64,000 bases of DNA from positions 107,630-171,629 of the IMG/VR virus record IMGVR_UViG_3300036770_006954. One strand, written 5' to 3'. This document shows, in pieces, positions 9,605 through 19,008 of this stretch. This DNA comes from a virus. A program made the position numbers and the translations under genes. Under the pieces are notes generated by a model that did no database searches, was not told the origin of the DNA, and saw nothing but the letters and a program-made list of their open reading frames with translations. Each line of letters begins with the position of its first letter. The stretch's first letter is position 1.

Positions 9605-10894
9605 TTAGTCAGGACGGGAAATACCCAAACCTGCTAAGAAATCTAAACCATCATCCTCGGAATCTTCATCCGTGTCAAAACTTTCGTATTCCTCCTTGTT
9701 TTGTTTTGCAATTGTAATCAACTCACGAAAAGAGTCGGTAGCTTTTGCAATTCTTTTGGTATCTTCAGAAATGGCGTTTCCAACAATTTCCAAGAACTCC
9801 TCAGCAGGGAGTTTATAAAGTTCCATTTGGAACCAATTAATCAAACCTTTATTTTGTTCATCATATACCTCATCAGGTAATGCAAAACGAATTTTTTCCA
9901 CAATTTGTGGTCCAATTCTAAGAGACCATGCCTCCATAGGTAGGGTATCGGTTTGGCCCATAACTTTTTCACGGGTAGTGGGGTCTTCAGGTAAACCATA
10001 ACGACCTTTAGCTTCTTCCAATCCTTTGATTATTTCGTGACACACAATGGGAAATAACATCCCATAGGCTTTAATTACGGTGTCGGGAGAACTGTCACCA
10101 TCCTCATCTTCAAAACCATCATCACCAGCATCTTCAAGTTCGACTTTTCCGGCAACTCCTTGACCTGTAGCACTCATCATGTCAATCATTTGTTCCATGG
10201 TGAAGTACATGAAATCATTCAAAGACATAATTTCCAGATATGCAGGATAAAGTCTTGGGTCAATTTCATCAAGTTTTTCCCTAACCTCAGGTTTTTGGAA
10301 AAGATAGTGTCCCTTTTTCGCCGAACCTTGGATAATTGCGTTAATGATATTTCTTTTATGTTTTTCTAATTCTAAGACTTCTTCAGGAGTTACTTCATCA
10401 ATGTCAAAGCCTGAATCAATCATAATCTTTTGTGCATCCTCTTCGTTTTCTTCTTCTAACTCGTCGGCTTCATATCTGAAGTTACTGACATCGATTGGTT
10501 CACGATTTAAATTTGCCTCAACGATGAACCAATCTGAAGGTACTTGAGTATCCTCTAAACAAGCTTCGATTGCCAAGTTCTCTAAAGCATCTCTGTGTCT
10601 TGATTCAATTTGCATAATTTGAGGAACTTTCTGATACATTTCAGCAATCAACATTCTTCCTAACATTTGAGAACTAATTGATTCTCTGCCAGTAACTTCT
10701 CGAACTTTGTCTACAACTTGTTTGAATCGGTTAGTAACCAATCTTTGTACATCTTCAGGACCTTTACCCATTGCAGGGTTTTTTGCATAAGGACTTTCAG
10801 GGTCTCTTAATTTTCTTTCGAGACTTGGGTCCATACGTTCGGGGTAATCCCCGTAATCAATTTGTTCCTGAATTTTTCTATTTTTTGCCATCAC
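9605..10894 (-). CDS. Hypothetical virion/morphogenesis protein
   Basis: 429 aa acidic ORF in the structural operon; contains HEIIKG. Confidence 0.7.
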   Translation of the reverse strand: MMAKNRKIQEQIDYGDYPERMDPSLERKLRDPESPYAKNPAMGKGPEDVQRLVTNRFKQVVDKVREVTGRESISSQMLGRMLIAEMYQKVPQIMQIESRHRDALENLAIEACLEDTQVPSDWFIVEANLNREPIDVSNFRYEADELEEENEEDAQKIMIDSGFDIDEVTPEEVLELEKHKRNIINAIIQGSAKKGHYLFQKPEVREKLDEIDPRLYPAYLEIMSLNDFMYFTMEQMIDMMSATGQGVAGKVELEDAGDDGFEDEDGDSSPDTVIKAYGMLFPIVCHEIIKGLEEAKGRYGLPEDPTTREKVMGQTDTLPMEAWSLRIGPQIVEKIRFALPDEVYDEQNKGLINWFQMELYKLPAEEFLEIVGNAISEDTKRIAKATDSFRELITIAKQNKEEYESFDTDEDSEDDGLDFLAGLGISRPD

Positions 10895-11777
10895 GAAGAA
10901 TACTTTGGATTAGTTGTAATACATCTTTTTTAGCATCTTCCATTTCTTTTTTAGACGCCTTTGGTTTTGGATTCGGTCCTTCAAATGGTTTTTTTCCTGG
11001 GTGAGCAGGACGAATTGATGGACGAGTACCGGGTTTTGTAGTAGGTTTAACAGGTGCGGTCTCAGTTTCCGACTCACCCATTGATTGTAACATACCCAAA
11101 TCTCCAATAGGACGACTCATACGGATACTCTTACCCTTCTTTGATTTTGGTTTGTAAACCGAGCGACGAATGACACCTTGTTCGGCAATCATATCTAATA
11201 TTTCTGCTTTGGACATTTTTGGTTCTAAATAATTTTCAACCAAAGATACAATTTCTTCCTCAATAAAAAAATCCATCGGAGATTTTCCTTCCTTCAAACT
11301 TTTTTTGACTTGTCTAACACATCTTTCAAACTTGGCGTTTTTCTTAGGTCCTAACTGTGAGTGGCATATTGCCCAAGGATTGTTTTCATCTTTTTCTTCC
11401 TCTGACATATCCTCTTTTTTATCAATTTCAGTATCCCCTAAATCACTCATACCGTCAGGAGCTTGAACTTGGTGTGGAGCTTGAGTGGTTGCACCACCTT
11501 GAGCACTACCCATGTAGTCCATATCATCCTCAGTCATCTCAGTTTCAATACGAACATTTATACCTCTTGATGTCAAATCTTTGAGTTTTCCTGGGTCTTG
11601 AGTTGCCTTTTCTGCGGAAATCATAACTGCACCTTGTTCTAAAATAGTGAGTTTCTCGAGAAGTACATCCATTTGATTCTCGTTTAATTTAACAACGGTT
11701 GTTGGTGATAATCCCATTTCAACCAATTTTACAATTTTTTCCTTAGTTTTCATAAACAACTTCTTTTTCAAACTCAA
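10878..11777 (-). CDS. Hypothetical virion protein (start may be ~11753)
   Basis: ORF overlapping its neighbours in the structural operon. Confidence 0.65.
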   Translation of the reverse strand: MSLKKKLFMKTKEKIVKLVEMGLSPTTVVKLNENQMDVLLEKLTILEQGAVMISAEKATQDPGKLKDLTSRGINVRIETEMTEDDMDYMGSAQGGATTQAPHQVQAPDGMSDLGDTEIDKKEDMSEEEKDENNPWAICHSQLGPKKNAKFERCVRQVKKSLKEGKSPMDFFIEEEIVSLVENYLEPKMSKAEILDMIAEQGVIRRSVYKPKSKKGKSIRMSRPIGDLGMLQSMGESETETAPVKPTTKPGTRPSIRPAHPGKKPFEGPNPKPKASKKEMEDAKKDVLQLIQSILRDGKK

Positions 11778-12138
11778 GAATTAAGTCTTTTTCGTAAAGT
11801 TTATTTTTTACCGATTCTTCCTCTTCACCAAATTTAAATACCAATCGATTGTTTTCATCATACTCTTCAATTTCCCATCCTAAAGCAATAACACCGTCCA
11901 TGGCATCGGACATATTAAAATAATCTGAGTTTTGAATGAGTTCTAATTTAACATCTGAGTTTCTAAGAACTCCGACTTTGTCGATATGTTCTAAATTAGG
12001 TGGTGTGGGGTATCCACTTGAAGGAGATGCCTCCCATGAATCACCCCACACATCTAAATTTTCTGAAAATATAAATTCGTAGAGATTGTTTCCCTTATAA
12101 TCAGGACCAAGTCCATTGATATAAGTTAGATATCTCAT
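11743..12138 (-). CDS. Hypothetical protein
   Basis: 131 aa, coupled to the upstream gene. Confidence 0.7.
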   Translation of the reverse strand: MRYLTYINGLGPDYKGNNLYEFIFSENLDVWGDSWEASPSSGYPTPPNLEHIDKVGVLRNSDVKLELIQNSDYFNMSDAMDGVIALGWEIEEYDENNRLVFKFGEEEESVKNKLYEKDLILEFEKEVVYEN

Positions 12139-13301
12139 AAAACTATTCCTTCTACAGAAATTCTAATTTGTTTATTTTTATTTTCAAATACCAAATTTTT
12201 CTTGTTAGTTCTACCAACAAATTCAAAATCAGAATTTTCTTCTAAAAACTTTTTTCCCGCCAATTCCTGTTCAATGGTTTCAGATAGAGTTTCAATTTTT
12301 GAAATAAACGAATTAACTTTTTTCTTGTTTTCGATTTTTCTTTCTTCGAATAACTTTTTTGAAAGTTGTACCTCTGAGTCAGTAACCTCAAAATACTTAC
12401 TTAGGACTTTGTCGATTTTACTTTCTCTTACCGAGTTGAAGTCGTAATCTTCAGAACCCATACCTTCCATTGGTTCTTCCATAGAAACCTCATCTTCGAT
12501 ACCTAAATCCATTTCAGGTTCTCCACCCATATCAGAATCCATTTCAACATCTGACTCTACATCTTCAAACTTAGACATAATATCTTCCATATCTTCTGGT
12601 TCCAACTTAGTTAAATCGAGTGCGGAAAGAACCATGTTTATAACATATTTGATATCTTCAGAAGACATCCCTTCTTGGTCTTCAAGAGCTCTCATCTTTT
12701 GAGTTAACTTACCTGTAAGTTTTTGAATTACTTTGAAAGAAACTTTTTCTTCCATATCTTCACCACCTGTCATCGGTTCTTCAGCCGGAACATCTAAATC
12801 AAGTTCTGCGTCCACCCCTAAATCAAGCTCATCCTCACCACCCATACTATCCATAGGTAATTCGGGTGCTGGAAGTGCAGCTGGTTCTGCGGGAACTGCA
12901 GGTGCTACAGCCTCAGGTGCTGGTGGAGTTGGTGTTTTTAAAACAAATTTCTTTTGTTCACCAAATAATTTAACTTCTTCAGTTTCTCCGTTTAACTCGT
13001 TTGTTTCTTTCACAATTAAGTTTAACTTCTTTAGAGCTTGTGAATATGAAGAATAATATTTTCTATTTTTCATTGGCTCAATATAATCCAAGGTTGACTC
13101 ATTCAATCCTTTTTTGATAATATACCCTTGTTTTTCTTTGACAATGTGGTAGTTCATACCGTCAGCCAAATTAATTGAATAATCACTTGAACTTTCAGTA
13201 ATACCGTTTGAGGGCATTCTGTAAGTGGCGATTTCCATAATTCTTTTCAATTTTTCGGTACCTTCTAATTTTTCACTACCGATTGGTTTAAGTTTTGCCA
13301 T
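12135..13301 (-). CDS. Hypothetical acidic head-associated protein
   Basis: 388 aa with acidic/Pro-rich linkers and xxE motifs. Confidence 0.7.
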   Translation of the reverse strand: MAKLKPIGSEKLEGTEKLKRIMEIATYRMPSNGITESSSDYSINLADGMNYHIVKEKQGYIIKKGLNESTLDYIEPMKNRKYYSSYSQALKKLNLIVKETNELNGETEEVKLFGEQKKFVLKTPTPPAPEAVAPAVPAEPAALPAPELPMDSMGGEDELDLGVDAELDLDVPAEEPMTGGEDMEEKVSFKVIQKLTGKLTQKMRALEDQEGMSSEDIKYVINMVLSALDLTKLEPEDMEDIMSKFEDVESDVEMDSDMGGEPEMDLGIEDEVSMEEPMEGMGSEDYDFNSVRESKIDKVLSKYFEVTDSEVQLSKKLFEERKIENKKKVNSFISKIETLSETIEQELAGKKFLEENSDFEFVGRTNKKNLVFENKNKQIRISVEGIVL

Positions 13302-13322
13302 GGTTTTTCTTTATTTAATTTT

Positions 13323-14201
13323 TTAATTGTTAAGTCCGTGCATTCCACCCAACTGAACTGCACTCATATCGATAACAGTCCCTTGTCTTCCACCATCGGG
13401 ATTTTCAGGGACCCAATCCACTGGGTGAGGATAAGGTGGGGTTGTGATTACTCCATCACAGTCAACGCACGCATTGGCTTCGTATTGCTCATTTACTTCA
13501 AACACACCAAAAGGTGTTGGTGTTGGAGTTGGTGTTGCAGTGCCAGTCGCAGTTTGAGTCGGTGTTGCTGTATTTGACGCCGTAATACTTGGTGTGGGTG
13601 TATTAGTGTTGGTTGGTGTATTAGTTGGTGTATTTGATGGTGTTTGAGTAGGTGTATTAGTTGGAGTTTCCGTAGGTGTAACCGTTGCTGTTGCCGTAAT
13701 ACTCGGAGTAGGAGTATTTGATGCGGTTATACTTGGGGTAGGGGAATTGGTGGGTGTTTGAGTTTGTGTTTGAGTTGGGGTTACAGTGTTAGTTGGAGTT
13801 TGAGTTACTGTCGGTGTTGGTGTATTTGTTGACGTTTGTGTTTGAGTTGGCGTGTTACTTGGTGTTTGGGTTTGAGTTTGTGTTGGGGTAGGTGTATTTG
13901 TTGAAGTTTGGGTTTGTGTTGGAGTGTTACTTGGAGTATTTGTTGGTGTTGAGGTTGGAGACTCAGTTGGTGTTGGTGTTAAATCTCCCAAACATTCAAT
14001 ACAAGTTTCCCAAGGCCCGTTGAATACTGTGACTACTTGAGCTAAGGGAGTTTCATCAAAATTTACTAAGGTCCAACAACCAATGTTTGTTGACCCCGCT
14101 AATAATTCGTAAATTTTACCTGAAACTATTTTAGCTTCGGTGGCAAAAAATCTTGAAGGTTGACCCGTACAAGAAGTTCCAATAAAATAATTCAACGCCA
14201 T
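13323..14201 (-). CDS. Thr/Pro-repeat (mucin-like) putative virion surface protein
   Basis: ~155-aa TPTxTPT tract between Cys-containing ends; late-type motif upstream. Confidence 0.75.
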   Translation of the reverse strand: MALNYFIGTSCTGQPSRFFATEAKIVSGKIYELLAGSTNIGCWTLVNFDETPLAQVVTVFNGPWETCIECLGDLTPTPTESPTSTPTNTPSNTPTQTQTSTNTPTPTQTQTQTPSNTPTQTQTSTNTPTPTVTQTPTNTVTPTQTQTQTPTNSPTPSITASNTPTPSITATATVTPTETPTNTPTQTPSNTPTNTPTNTNTPTPSITASNTATPTQTATGTATPTPTPTPFGVFEVNEQYEANACVDCDGVITTPPYPHPVDWVPENPDGGRQGTVIDMSAVQLGGMHGLNN

Positions 14202-14267
14202 GGACTTTTTTTTCTATAAATATTGTCGGTTAATAATAACTTTAATAAATAAATATCTAAATTGGTA

Positions 14268-15020
14268 TTAATCTACCAATTTCACCTCAACTGATAATTC
14301 TTTGTCTGTTTGCCGACTGACAGTTGAATAAAGTTTTTCCAACAATCCCGACCTACGGAGGTATTTGAATACCAAGTTTTCATAAGAATATTCCCCCTCT
14401 TTTTCGAGTCCTGACTTACGATAATCTTTTAATTTCTTTTTTAGTTTTTCAACTTTTTCTTCGTTGGCTTTAAGTCCTTCTTTTTTGATATTGGTGATAA
14501 GGTTTTGGATTTTGTCCTTCCAACTGTCAATTTTGGTTGTTAGGACCCCTCTTTCTAGTTGTGGTTTTTCTTTTGATGGTTTAGAAATCCACTCATCATT
14601 CAGTACGGAATATACTCCTGATGCAAAGTGAATCTCTTCAGAATCTTGTGGGTATAGTTCCACTTCGTAACCGTATATTTTAATATCGTGTTTGTCATTA
14701 AAAATTTGTTTTTTAAGACCAAACAAATCTCTATAGAGTTGAGCTTGTTTTCCGAATTGATTGTAATCAATGATAAGGTGGAGGTCAAAGTCGGAATATT
14801 CTGACCAGTTATAGTTTGATAGACTACCTGTCAGTACCACATCTTCAACTTCTAAGTCATCCACTAATGTATCCCCGAAAGCTTCGGAGATTTTCATAAG
14901 TGCGTCTCTGACTTTTGGTTTCATCACCGCTTCAGATGCGTCGTCATAGTTTTCCCATACCTTTGGGTTAAGGGTGTCTCTAACTGCGAAACTCTGAAGT
15001 ATAGTTGATAGTTGTGCCAT
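14268..15020 (-). CDS. Pol beta-superfamily nucleotidyltransferase
   Basis: LTGSLSNYNWSEYSDFDLH (GS-x-DxD) plus VELY third carboxylate. Confidence 0.8.
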   Translation of the reverse strand: MAQLSTILQSFAVRDTLNPKVWENYDDASEAVMKPKVRDALMKISEAFGDTLVDDLEVEDVVLTGSLSNYNWSEYSDFDLHLIIDYNQFGKQAQLYRDLFGLKKQIFNDKHDIKIYGYEVELYPQDSEEIHFASGVYSVLNDEWISKPSKEKPQLERGVLTTKIDSWKDKIQNLITNIKKEGLKANEEKVEKLKKKLKDYRKSGLEKEGEYSYENLVFKYLRRSGLLEKLYSTVSRQTDKELSVEVKLVD

Positions 15021-15040
15021 CTGAGATAAATACCTCCTTA

Positions 15041-15283
15041 TTAGAGTTTGGTGTATTTGAATTTTTTGGCAATATCACTTGAGAAGTATTTTCCTTGAGA
15101 TTCTGCCATTCTGAATTTCGTGTAGGTTGCGTGTGGAACTTCTTCGTATTGGTATTTGGTTCCATTTTTAAATTCTACCACCATTTCTTTTGACTCGGTA
15201 TCATAGGTACTTTTGATGATTGTTGTTGAATCAATCTCATTGATGATTTTTGTTCCGTCTATAGTTTCTTTTTTTACTCCCAT
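15041..15283 (-). CDS. KTSC domain protein
   Basis: STTIIKSTYD..MVVEFKNGTKYQYEEVP...AESQGKYF. Confidence 0.85.
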   Translation of the reverse strand: MGVKKETIDGTKIINEIDSTTIIKSTYDTESKEMVVEFKNGTKYQYEEVPHATYTKFRMAESQGKYFSSDIAKKFKYTKL

Positions 15284-15385
15284 TGTAAAGATGTTTTATA
15301 GTTTAATTTATTAGTGTATTGTCAATTGATAAATACAAAAAAACCCCCAACTTACGCTGAGGGTGAAAAACAAGGTCATTAATTA

Positions 15386-15811
15386 TTAGGAAAGTTTCTT
15401 TATTTCATCTCTAAGTTCTATTGCTTTTTCAAAGTCTTGTTGGTCGACTGCTTTCATTAGTTGGAAGTTGAGGTCATCAATTTTGACTTTGTTGTCTTCC
15501 AAGTTTTTAATCTTGTCACGAAGTTCAACCGCTTTTTCAAACTCTTGGAGGTCCACCGCTTTTTTAAGTTCTTTTTTGAGACGCTCCAAGTTTGTAGATT
15601 CTTCGGTTTGTGGGGTACTACCTTGGGTTGACCTGAAGATTGTGGTGAATTGAATCATTCCATCTTCAGAGGTAAAGGTTTCTTTTGACCAATCCCCCAA
15701 TTCATCTTTACCGGTTTCTTTTTGGGTTTTACCTTTATAGACAAATGGGTCTTGGTTTAACAAGGAGTTAAAAAGGTTGTCAAATTCGTCAAGTAATCTT
15801 CTTCTAAACAT
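15386..15811 (-). CDS. Double UVR (UvrB/UvrC motif) protein, candidate ClpC adaptor
   Basis: Likely start MFRRRLLDEF at 15811; two motifs KAVDLQEFEKAVELRDKIK and KAVDQQDFEKAIELRDEIK. Confidence 0.8.
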   Translation of the reverse strand: MFRRRLLDEFDNLFNSLLNQDPFVYKGKTQKETGKDELGDWSKETFTSEDGMIQFTTIFRSTQGSTPQTEESTNLERLKKELKKAVDLQEFEKAVELRDKIKNLEDNKVKIDDLNFQLMKAVDQQDFEKAIELRDEIKKLS

Positions 15812-16008
15812 TTTTTTAATTTTTAATTTGTTTATTTGACCCTGATAAGACAAGTCCTGTACCAAATCAAAATAACTGACAAAATGTCCGAAATAGTTGT
15901 ATTTGTAAATAATTTCCTGACACGATGTCAAATATCAAGAAAATTCTGACAAGGGTTTGGAATTGTCCTTTTTTTGATTAACCTTTGTACAAATCAATTT
16001 TAATAATC

Positions 16009-18009
16009 ATGAACGACACATTAGGAGACGACGATAAGACACTTTCGAGAAAGAAACCTACCTCCGACTCGGGAACCCCCGTATTGGATAACTTCTCTCG
16101 GGACTTGAACAAATTGGCGGAACAAGGAAAACTCGACCCAGTAATTGGTCGTGAGAAAGAAATTGTTCGCATTGCTCAAATCTTGTCTCGTAGAAAGAAA
16201 AACAACCCTATTATCTTGGGGGAGCCAGGTTCTGGTAAAACCGCATTGGTTGAAGGATTGGCATCTCTGATTGTGAATGGGGAATGTCCTAAAAACCTTC
16301 TTGACAAGCGTATTGTCAATTTGGACCTTACCGCAGTGGTGGCAGGGACAAAATACCGTGGTCAGTTTGAGGAGCGTCTAAAGGTTATCCTTGAAGAACT
16401 CTCCAATAATCCCAACATTATTGTCTTCATTGATGAAATTCACACATTGATTGGTTCAGGTAACTCATCAGGTAGTTTGGATGGTTCAAACATCTTCAAA
16501 CCCGCACTTGCTCGTGGAGAAATCCAATGCATCGGTGCAACCACCTTGGACGAGTATCGTAAGTCATTTGAGAAGGATGGAGCTTTGGAGCGTCGATTCC
16601 AAAAGGTAATCGTGGACCCCTCAACGGTTCAAGAGACAATCCAAATCCTCACCAACATCAAAGACCGCTACGAGGCTTTCCACAAAGTGGCATACTCTCA
16701 AGAGATTATCGAACTCTGTGTACAACTCGCAGACCGATACATCACCGACCGTGAGTTCCCTGACAAAGCATTTGACATCTTGGATGAAGTTGGTGCCCGT
16801 AGTCAAACCGAGCAAAAGATTCCTGAAGTAATTGAGGACCTCAAGCAAAAGGCTGCGGAAATCAAACAACAAAAGATGGATGTTGTTAAGAAGCAGAACT
16901 ACGAAGAAGCTGCATCCCTTCGGGACAAGGAGCGTAAAATCCTTGCCAAACTTGAAGAGGAAAAGCGCAAATTCGCAGAAGAATCTGCAACTACCCGTAT
17001 CCCCATCTCCGTGGAGCAAGTCTACGATGTGGTTTCCAACATGACCAAAATCCCTGTGAGCAAAATGTCCATTGACGACACCAACTCACTTATCAATATG
17101 GACAAAGTCCTTATGGAGAAGGTAATTGGTCAAGACGAAGCCGTTTCCAAGATTGTTAAATCAATCCGTCGTAACCGAATCGGAATTAAAGACCCCAACC
17201 GTCCCATCGGTTCATTCATCTTCTTGGGTTCAACAGGTGTGGGTAAGACCCACTTGGCAAAACAGATTGCAAAGGAGATGTTCGGGTCAGAAGATGCGTT
17301 AATCCGCGTCGACATGAGCGAATATCAAGAGAAACATACTTTGTCTCGTTTGGTAGGAGCACCTCCGGGATATGTCGGTTACGAAGAAGGTGGACAACTC
17401 ACCGAACAGGTAAAAAACAAACCTTATTCTGTTATCCTGTTTGATGAAGTGGAGAAAGCCCACAAGGACATCTTCTCAATCCTCCTTCAGATTCTTGATG
17501 ATGGTCACGCAACCGATTCCCTCGGTCGAAAAATCAATTTCAAGAACACCCTTATCATCATGACCACCAACCTCGGAGTTAAGAAACTTCAAGACTTCGG
17601 AGCTGGAATCGGGTTCTCCTCAAACAAGTACTCAAACGAGGAAGCCAAGAAACAAATCTTGATGAAGGAAATGAAGAACTTTTTCTCTCCCGAATTCCTC
17701 AACCGTATCGATGACACCATCGTGTTCCAAACACTCACGAAGGACAACATCGAGAAGATTGTAGGATTGGAACTTCAGAAACTCTCGAAGCGACTCGGTG
17801 AGATGAAGTACAAAGTGGTGATGGACCCCACCGTTACAGAGTACATTGCAAAAGTCGGTTTTGATGATGTATACGGAGCTCGTCCTGTAAAACGAGCCAT
17901 CCAAGACAAAATCGAAGATTACCTCTCGGAGCTTATCCTAATAGGTAAACTTAAAGAAAACCGAAAATACACCTTAAAGGTAGTAAATGAAGAGGTGAAA
18001 ATCTCTTAA
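16009..18009 (+). CDS. clpC: ClpC-like AAA+ ATPase lacking the N-terminal Clp-repeat domain
   Basis: LDPVIGRE, GEPGSGKT, FIDEIH, UVR-type M-domain (QNYEEAASLRDKE), GSTGVGKT, LFDEVEKAH, GIGF ClpP-docking loop. Confidence 0.92.
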   Translation: MNDTLGDDDKTLSRKKPTSDSGTPVLDNFSRDLNKLAEQGKLDPVIGREKEIVRIAQILSRRKKNNPIILGEPGSGKTALVEGLASLIVNGECPKNLLDKRIVNLDLTAVVAGTKYRGQFEERLKVILEELSNNPNIIVFIDEIHTLIGSGNSSGSLDGSNIFKPALARGEIQCIGATTLDEYRKSFEKDGALERRFQKVIVDPSTVQETIQILTNIKDRYEAFHKVAYSQEIIELCVQLADRYITDREFPDKAFDILDEVGARSQTEQKIPEVIEDLKQKAAEIKQQKMDVVKKQNYEEAASLRDKERKILAKLEEEKRKFAEESATTRIPISVEQVYDVVSNMTKIPVSKMSIDDTNSLINMDKVLMEKVIGQDEAVSKIVKSIRRNRIGIKDPNRPIGSFIFLGSTGVGKTHLAKQIAKEMFGSEDALIRVDMSEYQEKHTLSRLVGAPPGYVGYEEGGQLTEQVKNKPYSVILFDEVEKAHKDIFSILLQILDDGHATDSLGRKINFKNTLIIMTTNLGVKKLQDFGAGIGFSSNKYSNEEAKKQILMKEMKNFFSPEFLNRIDDTIVFQTLTKDNIEKIVGLELQKLSKRLGEMKYKVVMDPTVTEYIAKVGFDDVYGARPVKRAIQDKIEDYLSELILIGKLKENRKYTLKVVNEEVKIS

Positions 18010-18014
18010 CATAG

Positions 18015-18046
18015 AAGGGGGGACGAAAGTTCCCCCTTTTTTATTT
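18015..18046 (+). terminator. Intrinsic terminator after clpC
   Basis: AAGGGGGGAC GAAA GTTCCCCTT TTTT. Confidence 0.8.
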
Positions 18047-18075
18047 TCAAAAGTATTTATTACAAAAATACTTTA

Positions 18076-18414
18076 ATGAAAAAAATCGTTAAATTAACTG
18101 AAAGTGACCTCACAAGAATCATCGAAAGAGTCATTTCAGAACAAGAAAAAATTGAACTACCTGCAAAGGAGTTAAAGTCGGTCATTGAACCTGCCAAAGT
18201 TGCTCAAATTAAATCTCAAGCAGATGTATTGGCTCAAGACACAGAGTTAATCAAAAATACATTGGATTTAATTAGAAGAATTGACCCTGAATCATATCAA
18301 ATGATTACCAAAGGACAAACCCCTAATAAAAGAACTGTATTGGGTGACGCAATTATCGGTGGAACTTTGTTGTCATTGATTTACACCGTAATGGCGGAAT
18401 TGAAAGGTCAATAA
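18076..18414 (+). CDS. Putative capsid-packaged protein (KLTESDL...SEQ N-terminus)
   Basis: MKKIVKLTESDLTRIIERVISEQ; hydrophobic C-terminal helix; TATTTAT upstream. Confidence 0.75.
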   Translation: MKKIVKLTESDLTRIIERVISEQEKIELPAKELKSVIEPAKVAQIKSQADVLAQDTELIKNTLDLIRRIDPESYQMITKGQTPNKRTVLGDAIIGGTLLSLIYTVMAELKGQ

Positions 18415-18415
18415 G

Positions 18416-18988
18416 ATGAAAATTTTAATCTCGGAATCACAATATAAAGTTCTTGTTGAACAAGAAAGCGAAGATGTGTGTGTACAAGACGAACTTGACA
18501 CACTAAACGATTTCTTGGGTGGAATTGTCACGGTTGAACCCGAAGACATCGGTGGAGAACTCAGTCACGAAGATTTGCTTTCCACAGTTACCGACCCCAA
18601 AGCAAAAAACATGTTGACCAAGGTTTTAAACAACCTTTCACAAATGAACATGGAACAACTCAGAGACCAACTCAAAAAAGTTATGTCCATGAAAAATCTC
18701 AAAGAACAAGAAACTCCTTATATGGATAGAACAACCGAAATTGGTGGAGTTCAAGTTCCAACAGCGGTAGTTCATGGGTCACTAGGTTTATTGGCAATTG
18801 CAATTCTTACCAAAATGATTAAAGGTCTCTCGGGTATGGGTACTGGTGGTAGAAGAGGTGGAAGACGAGGTCGTCTTGCATCAAGAGCTACAGGATGTCA
18901 AGGAGGAGCCGCAAGAGCAAAACTCGTCAGAATGAGAAGAAGAAGAGAAAACTGGAGAAGTTTCCTCAGAAAAATCGGATTAAGATAA
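18416..18988 (+). CDS. Putative capsid-packaged protein with hydrophobic helix and Arg/Gly-rich tail
   Basis: MKILISESQYKVLVEQ; GGRRGGRRGR. Confidence 0.75.
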   Translation: MKILISESQYKVLVEQESEDVCVQDELDTLNDFLGGIVTVEPEDIGGELSHEDLLSTVTDPKAKNMLTKVLNNLSQMNMEQLRDQLKKVMSMKNLKEQETPYMDRTTEIGGVQVPTAVVHGSLGLLAIAILTKMIKGLSGMGTGGRRGGRRGRLASRATGCQGGAARAKLVRMRRRRENWRSFLRKIGLR

Positions 18989-19008
18989 AAAAATAAAAAA
19001 AAACAAAA

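Noticed and set aside
13500-13985. Tandem GGTGTT/GGAGT-type repeats as a possible CRISPR array or DNA repeat
   Set aside because: They encode the Thr/Pro tract of a protein; there is no constant repeat-spacer periodicity. No CRISPR array was seen in the window.
15812-16008. N-terminal extensions of the UVR gene (to 15931) and clpC (from 15985)
   Set aside because: They cover the intergenic regulatory region; ATGs with A-rich context at 15811 and 16009 are more plausible starts.
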